64,000 nucleotides of DNA, taken from assembly GCF_009914755.1 (NCBI RefSeq), contig NC_060934.1; one strand, written 5' to 3'. Numbering within the stretch: position 1 is the first letter of the stretch; each line of letters opens with the position of its first letter. This document shows, one piece after another, positions 1 through 13,242 of this stretch. The translations under genes and the position numbers were made by a program. Source of the stretch: the human T2T-CHM13v2.0 reference genome, Homo sapiens. Under the pieces are notes generated by a model. It worked only from the letters and a program-made list of their open reading frames with translations. It had not been told where the DNA came from and ran no database searches.

Positions 1-126
1 CGTGTGCCATGGTGGTTTGCTGCACCTATCAACCCATCACCAAGGTGTTAAGCCCAGCATGCATTAACTATTTTTCTTAATGCTCTCCCTCTCCCCACCC
101 CACTTCCCAACAGGCCCCAGTGTGTG
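1..126 (-). mobile_element. L1P (L1PA/L1PB-type) 3' UTR fragment, truncated by window edge
   Basis: gtgccatggtggtttgctgcacc...gcattaactatttttcttaatgctctccctc...caacaggccccagtgtgtg is the reverse complement of the primate L1 3' UTR. Confidence 0.85.
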
Positions 127-327
127 AAGTGACTCTGCAGGCTTTCTAAAGCTCAAGAGCTCTTCCTGCATTGAGGGTGGCAACAAAAAAATAAAAATAA
201 TTTTGAAAACTGTGGCTGTGTAGAGCTTTTCTGTAAAAGCCATTTTTATTCATTTTTCCTGCCTTCAACATATATTCATTCTAAAAATTTCAAATCGTGG
301 ATTTTAAAATCAGAAGAACAAAAAATA

Positions 328-648
328 TACATTATGCTAAGTGAAATAAGTCAGTCACAGAAAGACAAATACTGCATGATTCCACGATATGAGGTATCTA
401 AAACAATCTACTTCATAGAATCAAAGAGTGGAATGGCGGTTCTCAGGGGCTGCGGAGAGTGGGAAATGGAGGTTACTAATCAATGGGCATAAAATTTTGG
501 TCAAGCAACATGAATAAGCACTAGAGACTTGCTGTATATCTTTGCACTGATAGGCAATGATACTAAACTGTACTGTACACTTACAAATTTTGTTAAGAGT
601 GCAAAGATCATGTTAAGTGTTCTTAACCACAATAAAATAAAATTTTAA
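328..648 (+). mobile_element. L1MA/L1MB 3' end fragment
   Basis: acattatgctaagtgaaataagtcagtcacagaaagacaaatactgcatgattcc... ending in aataaaataaaa; typical L1M 3' UTR. Confidence 0.8.
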
Positions 649-1889
649 AACTGCCACTCAAAAAGCACAGGATAAATAAAAGGAAAATTTCAGCTAGGAA
701 GAATTTTTTAAAAATTGTATTGCCACTATTCAGAAATGAGTACCATTAGTATTTTGTTGTATATTATCCCAAGCATCTCTTTATGTTTATATGTATTTAA
801 ATGTAACTATTTTACCAAGAATATAATCATTCAAGTAGTTTTACAATCTACTTTAAAATGTATTATGTGTTAACATATATAATGAATATCCATGCAAATC
901 ACTAAGTCCTCTTCTATAACTTTTAAAAGGTTGTATAATATTCCATGTGATGTACATGTCATTTTTTAAACCAGTCCCTTTCTATTACACATTTAGATTG
1001 CCTCCAATTTTTTTTATGAGAGAAACAATGCTATAAATGGCCACTTATCACCAGATGAGTTCATATACCCATTAAGTAACTTAGGATAAATTTCTGGAGG
1101 TAGATTTCAGGAAAGGTGAAATCAACCTGACTTAACGGCTAGGCTAAAATATATACTGAAGAGACTGGTGGAATTAAACTGTATTTCTATCATCCCATTC
1201 CCAACTCTACTTATATATTCTCTGTCCAAGAATTTTCTGTGACAGTTGGCAGACAGAATGGGGACCGGGAGAAATATATTATCTATGCTATGTTTCATTT
1301 TACTTACAACTTATTAACAGCTGTAAATTATTTAAAACCCAAGCTGTTTTTTAAACCCAAAGTCAAAATATTCACGATAATATTTACCAGTGCCACATTT
1401 TGAATTATTCAAGTATTATGGATCATAGAGCAGTAATATTGATCAAAAAAGAGCTTAGAACTATACTGGTTTGGGGTTGTGTGGATAACCAAAATAAATG
1501 ATTTATAAAACTAAGAATATAAATAAAAAAATGCATAAGTATTAACGGGGTAAATGGTTTTGATGAGACACCAAAGAATTTACTGCTCAGTAAGGCCTGG
1601 GAGGATGCCTGAGGATTACTGTATCATAACATTGATGGTAACATTAGACTACTTACATGAACTGTTAAATTCATAACAAATGGTGTATACATTTGTAATA
1701 TGCCTTAACATGCAGGAGACTGAAATAAATGATCCTATATGCACACTCACTTGGAATTGTTGGTGAACTATATTTTTCCTCCCTATAAGTCTGAGTTGTT
1801 TATGTGACTGGCTTTAGGCAATATAATGTATAAAAAAGAACAAAAGCAATTTTGCACTAGTCCAAGCCTAGGCCTCAAGAGAATTTGCA

Positions 1890-2194
1890 CACTTCCATTC
1901 TGTTTAGGAACATGGCCAAGCTACCATGTCAAAAAGCCTGGGTTAGCCTGGTAGATAATCAGAGACATGTGGCCCATCACCCCCCACCCCAGACAACAGC
2001 CAGCCAAGCCCCAGCAGCAGCATCACCTAGCAGACTGGCAGGTAACCAAAGACCCTATTTGTGGGAACCTGCCTGAACCATAAGAACTGCCTGGCTGATT
2101 CCAGCCCAGTGGCCAGCCTACAGTTACATAAGTGGTTATTATTTTAAACCACTAAGTTTGGGGTGGTTTGTTATGCAGTGCAAGTAACTGATAC
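1890..2194 (+). mobile_element. MLT1-family MaLR LTR, 3' portion
   Basis: ends with ttttaaaccactaagtttggggtggtttgttatgcagtgcaagtaactgatac, the MLT1 U5 terminal signature. Confidence 0.7.
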
Positions 2195-2229
2195 CAAAAA
2201 AGGCTGAGAATATGAATCACAAATACTGG

Positions 2230-5140
2230 GCATAAAAGAGGGACTATCACTACAAAACATATAGATAAGAAAAAGGAAAGTAAATATTATGAACAACTTT
2301 ATGCTAATAAATTGAAAATTTAGATAAAATGAATATATTTCTCAAAAAATACAACTTATCAAAACTGACACAAGATGAAAAGGAAAATCTAAGGAGCCTA
2401 TGTAGAAATTGAAATTACTACAAAAACAATCATTACAAAAACAATTACACAAAGAAAATTCCACACCTATATGGTTTTGCTGGTGGTTTCTATTGAACAT
2501 TTTGGGGGAAAAATCAATATCACACCAACTGTTTCAGAAAACAAAGCAAATGAGGACACTTCAATTTGTTTTATGAGGCCAGCATAACCTTTGCACCAAA
2601 CCTAGTAAGCAAATTACAGATATGCACACATACACACCCCAGACTGATCTCTCTCATCAAGAGAAATGTAAAAATGCTTTACAAAATATTAGCAAAATCA
2701 AATTTAATAAAGTGAGGCTTATCCCCGAATACAAGCTTCATTTACACATAATGGTGAAATATTGAATGCTTTTCCTCTAAGACTGACAAAAGTATTGGCC
2801 CTTTTTAATTTTTATTTATTTATTCATTTAATATTGAGATGGAGTCTTGCTCTGTCGCCCAGGCCGGAGTGCAGCGGCGCGATCTCGGCTCATTGCAAGC
2901 TCCACCTCCCAGGTTCACACCATTCTCCTGAGTATTGGCACTCTTACTATTTCTATTCAACATTATACAGGAGACCTTAGCCAGTATAATAAGGCAAAGA
3001 AAAGAGAGCCACAAGATTGGAGAGGAAGAGTAAAACTGTCTCTTTTTACAAATGACATGATGGTTAACACAGAAAATCCTAAAGAATTTATGAAACAACT
3101 CCTAGAACTAAAAAGTGTATCTTGCTTGGTTTCAGGATACAAGATCAACATACAGAAATCAGCTGTATTTTGTATGATGGCTGCAAATGATTGGAAAATC
3201 AAATTTAAAAAAAGAACAATTCTACTTTTTAAAGTATCAAAAACCATAAAGTACTTTGGATAAATTTAATGAAAGACATGTAAATCCTCCACATTGTGAA
3301 CTATAATCATTGCTGAGAGAAATTAAAGATCTATATTAAGGTAAAAATCTACTACACTCAAGGATTGAAAGATCCAATATTATTAAAATGAAAATTCTCC
3401 TCAGAACTGTAGATTCAACATGATCCAATCATAACACCACAAGGTTTTTTTTTAAAAAAATAGACAAACTTATTATAAAATTTGTATGTGAATATAAAGA
3501 ACTTTGAATATCCAAAACAATCTTGAAAAATAATAACAAAGTTGAAAGAGTGACACTACCTGAATTTAAAATTCACTATTACAGAAAGACACAATAATCA
3601 AGACAGTATGGTACTGGCATTAAGATAGACACAAAGATCAATGCAAGGGAAACAGACTTACACTTATATCATTGATTTATTTTCAACAAAGGCACCAAAG
3701 CAATTCAATCAGGAAAATCATTTGAAAAAATCATGTAAAACAACAGAATACCCATATGAATAAATATAAACCTCAACTCCTACTTTACACACTACAAGTA
3801 ATCCAAGAAAAATCATACATCTAGACATAAAAACTAAACTCTAAAGCATTTAGAAGAAAACATAGGAAAATATCTTCACAACCTGGGGGTAGGCAAACAT
3901 TTCTTAATACAGTATACAGAATATAGTAGTTACAAAATTTAAAAAAAAGTTAGACTTCATTAAAATTTAAAGCTTCTGCACTTCAAAGCCCACTGTTAAG
4001 AAAATGAATAGGCCACGAGTGGAAGAAAATATTTTCAAGAATATATCCGTCCAAGGATCAGTGTCCAGAAAATATAAGTGACTCCAACAAATCAAAACAA
4101 AAAGATAAAAAACACAGTTAAAAATGAACATAAGACTTTAACAGACACTTACAAATTGGTCAATACATACAGAGTTGGGGACTAATGCAAATGAAATCTG
4201 ACATGAGATATTACTATCATCTACCAGAAAGGCTAAAATTAAAGACTGACAACACCAAATGTTGGCAAGGATGTAAAACAACCAGAACTCTAATACGTTG
4301 TGAGTGGAGGGTGTGAAATTGCACAACCACTTGGAAAAAACATTTGGCAGTTTCTTATAAAATAATACAAACACCTACCCTATAACCTAGCAATTCCACA
4401 TCTAGATGTTTCCACAAGAGACAGAAAACATATGCCCAAAAACACTTCTATAAGAATGTTTATGGAAGCTTTATTTGGAACAAAAAAAATAAAAGCCCAG
4501 ATGTTAATTAACAAGTGAATGGATAAACAAACTGTGGTGTACTCATACAATTAATCTTAAAGAAGGAAAAAACCCCTACTGTTACTGAGCATATTATGCT
4601 GAGTAAAAGAAGCATTTCTCAAATGAGTATATACTGTATGTTCCATTTACATGAAGATCTAAAACAGGCAAAACTAATCTATAGTGAAAAAAATCAGAAC
4701 AGAGGTTGCTTCTGGGAGTGGAGTGAGGTGGGAATTGACTGGGAAGGGAGAAAATTTTCTGGGGTGATAGTAATGTTTTGTGTCTCAAAAAGATCTGTGT
4801 TACCAAGTATATGCTTTTGCCAACATTCATCAACTGGTACATTTAAGTTTTGTGCATTCCATTGTATGTAAATTTTACCTAAGAAAAAAGTAAATAAATA
4901 CCTCCAATTAATGACAACATATAAGCTAATGTGTTTAGGGTGAATTTTACTGACATCTATGTATCGAAATATATAAAAAGAAAGATAAATTAATGAATGT
5001 ATAGAGAGATTGACAGAATGTATATAGGTAATAAAACAAATACAGCAAAACGTTAATCGTAGAATCTAAGGGCAGGTATGTGGGCATTCATTGTATATTC
5101 TTCCACTTTTTTTGTTTTACATTTGAAAATTCTCCTAACA
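2230..5140 (+). mobile_element. Old L1M (L1MB/MC-like) element: degenerate ORF2 plus 3' UTR
   Basis: ORF 2847-3263 contains VKLSLFTNDMMVNTENPK...LLELKSVSCLVSGYKINIQKS, homologous to L1 ORF2 RT KLSLFADDMIVYLENP...SGYKINVQKS (catalytic FADD decayed to FTND); A-rich sense strand; L1M 3' UTR motifs at 4250-5140. Confidence 0.9.
2802..2930 (-). mobile_element. 5'-truncated AluY (right arm) inserted in the L1M
   Basis: gagatggagtcttgctctgtcgcccagg...gcaagctccacctcccaggttcacaccattctcctg; flanked by TSD agtattggc at 2791-2799 and 2931-2939. Confidence 0.9.
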
Positions 5141-5326
5141 GCATGTTGGGAGAAAAAGCAACCAATACTACATGGTAGACCCTTTTTCAGTTTACATATA
5201 ATTTTCATATACAACAGGTTACATTTTTGTAACACTGTACATTAGACAAGGCCAGCAACATTATCTCTGTTTTCTTGTGGAAGAAACTCTCAAAGAGGAC
5301 CTTGCTCAAAGTGTCAGGGCAATAAA

Positions 5327-5553
5327 AGGGGTCAAACTTTTTCTGTCATCAAACTTTCTGTAAGGGGCTATATAGTAGATATTTTAGGCTTTCCAGACCA
5401 TACATAATACCACAACAATTGAACTCTGCTTTTGTAGCATGAAAACAGCCATAGATGATACGTAAATGGACATGGCTGCATTCCAATAAAACTTTATTTA
5501 CAAAAACAGGCAGGCACTAGATTTGGGTCATGGGTTGTAGTTTGCTGACCCCT
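5327..5553 (+). mobile_element. MER58A (hAT-Charlie MITE)
   Basis: ggggtc..aaactttctgtaaggggc..atagtagatattttaggcttt...ccaataaaactttatttacaaaaacaggc...gtagtttgctgacccct. Confidence 0.8.
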
Positions 5554-5557
5554 AGAT

Positions 5558-5897
5558 CAGCAGCCCCCAGCCTTTTTGGCACAAGGGACTGGTTTCATAA
5601 ATGACAATTTTCCCACGGATGGGGAAGTGGGTGGTTAGGAGATGGTTTCAGGATGAAACTGTTTCACCTCAGGTCATCAGGCATTAGTTAGATTCTCATA
5701 AAGGGCAAGCGATCTAGATCCCTCACATGTGCACTTCACAATAGGGTTTGTGCTCCTCTGAGACTCTAATGCCACTGCTGATCTGACAGGAGGTGAAGCA
5801 TAGGCAGTAATGCTGGCTCACCTCCTGCTGTGTGGCCTGGTTCCTAACAGGCCTACAGACTGGTACCAGTCCACAGCCCGGGGGCTGAGGGCTCCTG
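5558..5897 (+). mobile_element. MER1B (hAT-Charlie MITE)
   Basis: cagcagcccccagcctttttggcac...ggctcctg; perfect 8-bp TSD ccctagat at 5550-5557 and 5898-5905. Confidence 0.9.
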
Positions 5898-7438
5898 CCC
5901 TAGATAAGTTAGGTTTTCTCATTAAAGATTATCAATAAAAGGACTGACTTAGAGTCAAATTAATCTGGTTTTTCCTATCACTTGGGTTTATTACGACAAA
6001 TAAATTAGCTAACTCTCATAAAGTAACTAGCACAGTGCCTGTTTTATAGCAGATAGTTGGTAAATTTTAGTTGTTTTTGTCTTTTTTCATTACCTTGCCT
6101 TTTCCTCATTCACCATTTTTTGCCACCAAATCTTTCACCCGGGCAAATTATAACAGGAAAGCAAGCCGTTTAATGTCATTTGACCAAATTAATCAGCCAT
6201 AATAGATCTTTTGTTCAGTAAATCTATAATAGTTGCACTATAAATGGAAATATATCATTTTCCCTGCATTTTCTAGGCAAACTTTCAGATAGAAATTCAT
6301 TGAGAAGCCTGCAGATTTTCTACTCTGTTGTATCACATGAAAGTCCCAGTTACTCTTTCTCACACTAAACTAGAGCAAACAAATTGGTTAACCCCTGCTT
6401 TTGAGTTTCTCTCAGGTCACTTCCATAATCCACATTATTTTATTTATTTCTTGGTGCCAAGCTGTGTATTCAAAATCCCACTGAAAATTGATCTTTTCTT
6501 GAAGTATGTGGCACCCCTAAGCTCTTATTTCTGGCCTCTGTCCAAATACCTTGAAGGAAATGGAGGCAGGAAAATGTTAGCGATAATTATAATTTATTCT
6601 CCTCTACAGAATTGTGAGGATGCAAATTATCCAACCATTTCTCACTTAATTAATATATCATTGGACAAAGTTGCGAGGGTATATGTGAGTGTTATGTTAC
6701 AAGGGAAGAGATATCTTCCACCTTCTTTAATGGCTTACCAAAATAATACCATCATAGCAATAATAGATCCATTTAATGAGTATTATGTGCCAAGCACTGT
6801 GCTAAGTAATTCATTCATTCATTCATTTATACATTCATCAATGTGTACGGAAAAGCTGCTACATGCCAAGATTTATATAAACCATCTTATGACTTTGTAA
6901 TTCCTGTTTTATAAATTGTGTAAACTGAGGCTCAAGAGAGATTAAATGACTTTCACATAGGGCTCAGAAATGGCACAGATCAGATATAGCAAATTATCTG
7001 AAGACTGTCAATAAATATTATGACTGGATATTTTATGTCACACATTTAATGAATTTCTGCCCCTTTGAAGCAATGCAAAATGATGCTACACTTTTCTATT
7101 ATGTTTGCCCCATCTCTGCCACTTGATTATTTCTGTGAAGAATGAATGAGGAAGCTCACACCTTAGCCTGCCCTGACTGTGTCTCCCATACTCTGCACAC
7201 AGTGGATAACCGATGATAACTTTTGCTGACTTGCCCCTACCCCTGCTGCCATCTGCTCAGGCAACTTACTTTCCAACCCACCTTCTATGTGATGTTTTCT
7301 CATTTTCTTTCTGGCTTCTCTGGAATAAATCCATGGAAGGCAATAGAATAAGGAATTCCCTTTCCTAAGAAACACTCTTACCATTTTGAACTTTCTGTTA
7401 TATTCTATCAGCCTGACTGCTTATGATTTCTCTGTCAC

Positions 7439-7850
7439 TGTGGTATACTTTGGATCTGTGTCCCCACCCATGTTTAATTGTCACCTCCATCATGTTTAAT
7501 TGTCAACCCCAGTGTTGGGGTGTGGCTTGGTGGGAGGTGATTGGATCATGGGGACAGAGTTCTCATGAATGGTTTAGATCGTCCCCGCTTTGTACTGTAG
7601 GTGAGTGCATTCTCATGAGATCCGGTTGTTTAAAAGCGTATGGCACCCCCTCCCCAACCTTCCTCCTGATCCAGCCATGTGAAGATGCTCGCTCCTGCTT
7701 TGTCCTCTGCTTTAAGTGAAAGCTCCCGGAGGCCTCCCCAGCCATGCTTCCTGTACAGCTTGCAGAACAATGGGCCAATTAAACCTCTTTTCTTATAAAT
7801 GACCCAGTCTCAGGCATTTCTTTATAGCAACATGAGAATGAACTAATACA
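7439..7850 (+). mobile_element. MST-family MaLR solo LTR
   Basis: tttggatctgtgtccccaccc...gggaggtgattggatcatggg...attaaacctcttttcttataaatgacccagtctcagg...aactaataca. Confidence 0.88.
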
Positions 7851-8849
7851 AACTGTAACAAGAAAGAATAACTCTAGAGAAATGAGCAGTAAAGATCTCA
7901 ACATAAAAGAAAGTATCAATCTCTTTACTCCTTTGGGGACCAAAGTGCTATCTCAAGAGATCCCTTCCCGAGTGCATACACAGAAAACGCTTCCGTCACT
8001 GGGCCTGATATGGAGGCTTTCCTCTTACAGTTGGGTTTTGGCTTTCTTTTCCTCTTCTTCCCCCCTCCCAAACCCCTCAGCCAGGCTTTTATATGAACTC
8101 AACTCCTTCTGAGTAAAGATGTGGTTCTGAGATCAGTTAATAACACTGGGCACATTAACTAATTAACAAGAGTAAGGAGTTCAGAAAACAAACAGTCATG
8201 GAGCAACGCTATCATTATGTGGCTTCTGCCTGACTCTCCTGTCCTCCTTAAGCAGGCAGCGATGTCAATATATCTGGGAAGGCAAAGTGAAAATCCTTAC
8301 TACAAGTTGCCTGCTGAGTTCAAATTTCTTTTTCCTAAATTAACAGAAATAGCTAGCACTGCAGTGAGGGTTACAGCTGATTTCTCCGTTTTATGGGTTT
8401 CATTAAAAAGAAAAAGCCTCCCTTCATGCCACGTATTATCATCTTGCATTGCTTGCAAGTTCAGTTCATGAAACTTGCTACCCAAACCAAAAGCAAATTT
8501 CCCATTTCTGGAGAGACCAAGAGATAAACAATAGCATTAATTTCACCTTTCCCACCAATTGGAATTGGTCTCCATTCTGAAATGAAGAAGTTATTGCAAA
8601 TATTCCTGCATATAGCTCATGGCGGAGAATATCAGTCTATGTGGGTATCATTTGTTTAAAAAACAATGAATTCTTTTCTGATTAAGTAAAAAGATGTATA
8701 CATAAAGAAGTTGGCTGATTCACTTTCCACTGGTTAGTTTTTTAAAAAAAGAAAATGAAGCTTACAAAGTAGCTTTTGCAGAAGAGTTCCTTTTGCAAAA
8801 GGAGTCGGGCTCCTTCTGTTTCTGATGCAGAACAGCTTGCTTTCCCACT

Positions 8850-9710
<861 letters not shown>

Positions 9711-9762
9711 GAAGAAGGAAGACGTAACCAAAAGAACATTCATTCTTACCAAACTTTGGTTG

Positions 9763-10456
9763 GTGTAGCAGAGACTGGCTAGATATTTTTCAAACAATTT
9801 TCATGATCCTGGGTGAAGCCATGTGTCTGAGGATGAAAGGGGATGCAGATTGATGTGACATGTGGCACCTCCAGGCCTGGTCCTTAAAAACCTCTCACCC
9901 AATTTTTTTTTCTTTGAGACAGGGTCTCAATCTGTTGCCCAAGCTGGAGTGCAATTGTGCAATCATAGCTCACCGCATCCTCAAACTCCTGGTTCAAGGA
10001 ATCCTCCTGTCTTAGCATCCTGAGTAGCTGGGACTACAGGTGCACACCAGAATGCCTGGCCAATTTTTTTTTTTTCATTTTTTGCAGTGACAAGGTCTCC
10101 CTATGTGTTGCTCATGCTGGTCTTGAACTCCCGGCCTCAGGCAATCCTCCTGTCTCTGCTTCCCAAAGTGCTGGAATTACAGGCGTAAGCCACTGTACCT
10201 GGCCTCTCCCATCCAATCTTTATCCCTCTCCTTCCTTTTTCTTCTCCTGGCTTTTGACCCAGCTACCAAGGATCCACTGGGGGAACTCCAAGGAACTGGT
10301 GGGTAATGGAGCCCCAAGCTGGAAGGCGCTTGGTTTCCAAATAACTGCAGCCTCTACACCAAGCCACATTGGACTGTGACGTGAACCAGAAACAAACTTT
10401 TATTATGTTAGATTTGGAGGTTGTTTGTTTTAGCAGTTAGGTTACACTGACTCACA
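9763..10456 (+). mobile_element. MLT1I/J-like MaLR LTR interrupted by AluJ
   Basis: tgtagcagagactggctagat... and 3' aaacttttattatgttagatttggaggttgtttgttttagcagtt...tgactcaca. Confidence 0.6.
9903..10204 (-). mobile_element. AluJ
   Basis: T-tail, gagacagggtctc..., two arms, ...cccaaagtgctggaattacaggcgtaagccactgtacctggcc. Confidence 0.92.
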
Positions 10457-10879
10457 GAATTAGGAAGAGGAGGGACAAAAATTAGGCCAGTTATGTTCGG
10501 GGTTCAGAGGTAAATATCTTTCAGAATGTACAACTGGTTAGCAATAACTGTACTTTCTGGTCAAGGCAACCTAAACTGAGAAATGCTAAACTTCTTTAAG
10601 CCAGATGAAGTTGTTGTGCTATTAAGGATAAGTAGATGTTTTCTTGATGGTTCTTTTGTGTGTATGAGAAAATAACAACAGCAACTAAAAGAGAACCACT
10701 TCTAATAGAGCAGGTCTGGGGAGAAGGGAGCATGTGGCAGGCAGTCTGCTTCTCAGTCTCTGGAGGGGTGGAGGTGGGGAACACTGGCAGAGAGCCTAAC
10801 TCCAGCTGGGGCAGGTACCTCTGTGCCCCTCTCACCAACCCTGTAGAAGTAGGAATAGAAATGAATTAAGCAGCACCAC

Positions 10880-11100
10880 AGTGGACTAGAGAAGGGCCCA
10901 GACTCCAGGACCAGACTTCCTGGATATGAATCCCAGCATGGTCACTTACTAGGAAAATAACCTTAGATAAGTGACCCCATCTGCCTGTGCCTCAGTTTCC
11001 ACATTTCTAAAGTGTAGAAATGAGGATATAGAAGAAAGTACTCATGAGATTTTGAAATGAAAGAGTATTTATGAAGTGCTTAATCCAGTAAGTACTATAT
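10880..11100 (+). mobile_element. MIR
   Basis: aatcccagc..tcacttactag..accttagataagtg..ctgtgcctcagtttcc MIR core. Confidence 0.65.
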
Positions 11101-11370
11101 AAAAATAAGGAGTCAAATTTAAAAAAATTAGAAGACAGCCAGGGCAATTAATCCCAGCTGCATACTGCCTAGTTCTAATGGATCCTGCAATCTTTCTTGA
11201 AGAAAAGCTACCTTTGAATCTCTAAAAGGCTTATGAACACCATAGAAGAAATAAGAAAGTAAAGAGCCCTAAAAGTGGCTCGTAGAGGGTATGTAAGGAG
11301 GGGATTCCTCAATGGCTGCTGGTTAGGAAGCAAGTGGGAAGATGTTCCCAGCCACCAGGTAGACAAACTA

Positions 11371-11846
11371 TGTGTGTTAATTTTTTTCGTCAACTTGACT
11401 GGCCGTGCAGGGTGCTCGGGGTGCATTATTCTAGGTGAGTCTGTGAGGGTGCTTCTGGATATGATTAATGTTTGAATCTATGGACTCAGTAGCGTAGATT
11501 GCCCTCCCAATGTGGATGGGCCTCATCCAATCCCCTGAGAGCCTGAAGAGAACAAAAGAAATTGATCTCTTCCTGCCTGATTGCCTGAACTGCTACATCC
11601 ATCTTCTCCAGCTTAGTTCTCAGACCTTCAGATCCACATTGGAATCTACATCATCGGCTCTGCAGGTTCTCAGGCCTTCGGACTGGGACTACATTACACC
11701 ACTGGCTTTCCTGGGTCTCCAGCTTGCAGATGAAGATTGCAGGACTTCTCAGCCTCCAAAATCAAGTGAGCCAATTTCTGACAACAAATCTCTTTCTGTG
11801 TATATTTTCTATTGGTTCTGTTTCTCCAGAACACCCTAACTAATAT
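11371..11846 (+). mobile_element. MLT2 (ERVL) solo LTR
   Basis: gttaatttttttcgtcaacttgactgg...gattgccctcccaatgtggatgggcctcatccaatc...ctattggttctgtttctccagaacaccctaactaata. Confidence 0.88.
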
Positions 11847-12906
11847 GCTGTGTGAGTGTTAAAAAATCTCACTGTCAATTACTCACTAGCTATTAGGAAG
11901 CTTTAGCCATAGTAGCTCTCTTAGAGCTGAGACTGTCTGTAATTTTCACTATGGTAGCCCCATTGCTAATTACACCCAGCACAGAGAGAATGTGCAACAA
12001 ACATTTTACTGATTAATTTTCTCTCTTTAATGACAATCAGAACTTTCTATTTAGAATTATGATTATTTCAATGTGTGTGTCTTATTTCTCCCTCTAAAGC
12101 CACTTGAGGACAGAGTGCACACCTCATTTATCTTTTTATTCCCACCCAGCATGCTATCTGGTACATAATAAGGTCTCAATAAATACTTGAAAGAGTTGAT
12201 GAATCGATAAAAGGTTGGATCATCCACTAAAGTCTACTCATTAATAATCCTTCCTTCTAGTTTCAGAAACAATAAAACCTGACTTTACAAAACTGAACTG
12301 TAAAGTGTAAAATAATTATCACCTTTCTATGACACTAATATTGAGCCTTTTTATAAAAGAGAATTGTAGCAATTCTAGCCACTTCTTCCTCAGTAAAGTT
12401 TTATGACATTGAATGAAGACTTTATTTTGGCCAATTTACTAAAGGCAATATTAAGTTCATAAAAGAAGTCTATTTCCTCTTCTGATGCTATGGCACATAG
12501 TATACAAGTGAAGAATTCATGAAATGAATGAGAATGAATATGAAACTGTGGGCTACCACGTTCCTTTATGTTACTACCTGTAAAACTTCCATGCCAGTGC
12601 CTCAGCTAAAGCTCTACAGAATAAGTGCTTGAAAAGATGACAGATAAAATTTTTATTATACTGACAATCTTCTCTAGTTCCCAAGGTAGTTATTGAGTAA
12701 CTTCTCTTCTCTATGGAGACAATATGAAAACCTCTAAGACCTATTACTTGAATTCCAAAACAATATTGCTCAACATCAAATATCACATTAACCTTTGGGA
12801 AATCTGGGAAATTCTGCAAAATAAAATAAGTAATCCTACAGAAGTCTGGGGAAAAATCAATTTTACCCCAGAAAAAAAGGGACTCGAAATGTTCTATTCA
12901 GAATCA

Positions 12907-13242
<336 letters not shown>

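Noticed and set aside
2847-3263. 138-aa ORF with RT-like motif
   Set aside because: Chimera of an antisense Alu and decayed L1 ORF2; catalytic FADD is FTND and the surrounding frame is broken
6328-6900. Longest ORF (190 aa)
   Set aside because: Non-ATG start, no recognisable domain, runs into MIR/L2-like (TTCA)n sequence; consistent with chance
7469-7505. Short tandem duplications (15 bp here; 13 bp at 42308-42334; about 10 bp at 39676-39700)
   Set aside because: Ordinary slippage-type micro-duplications
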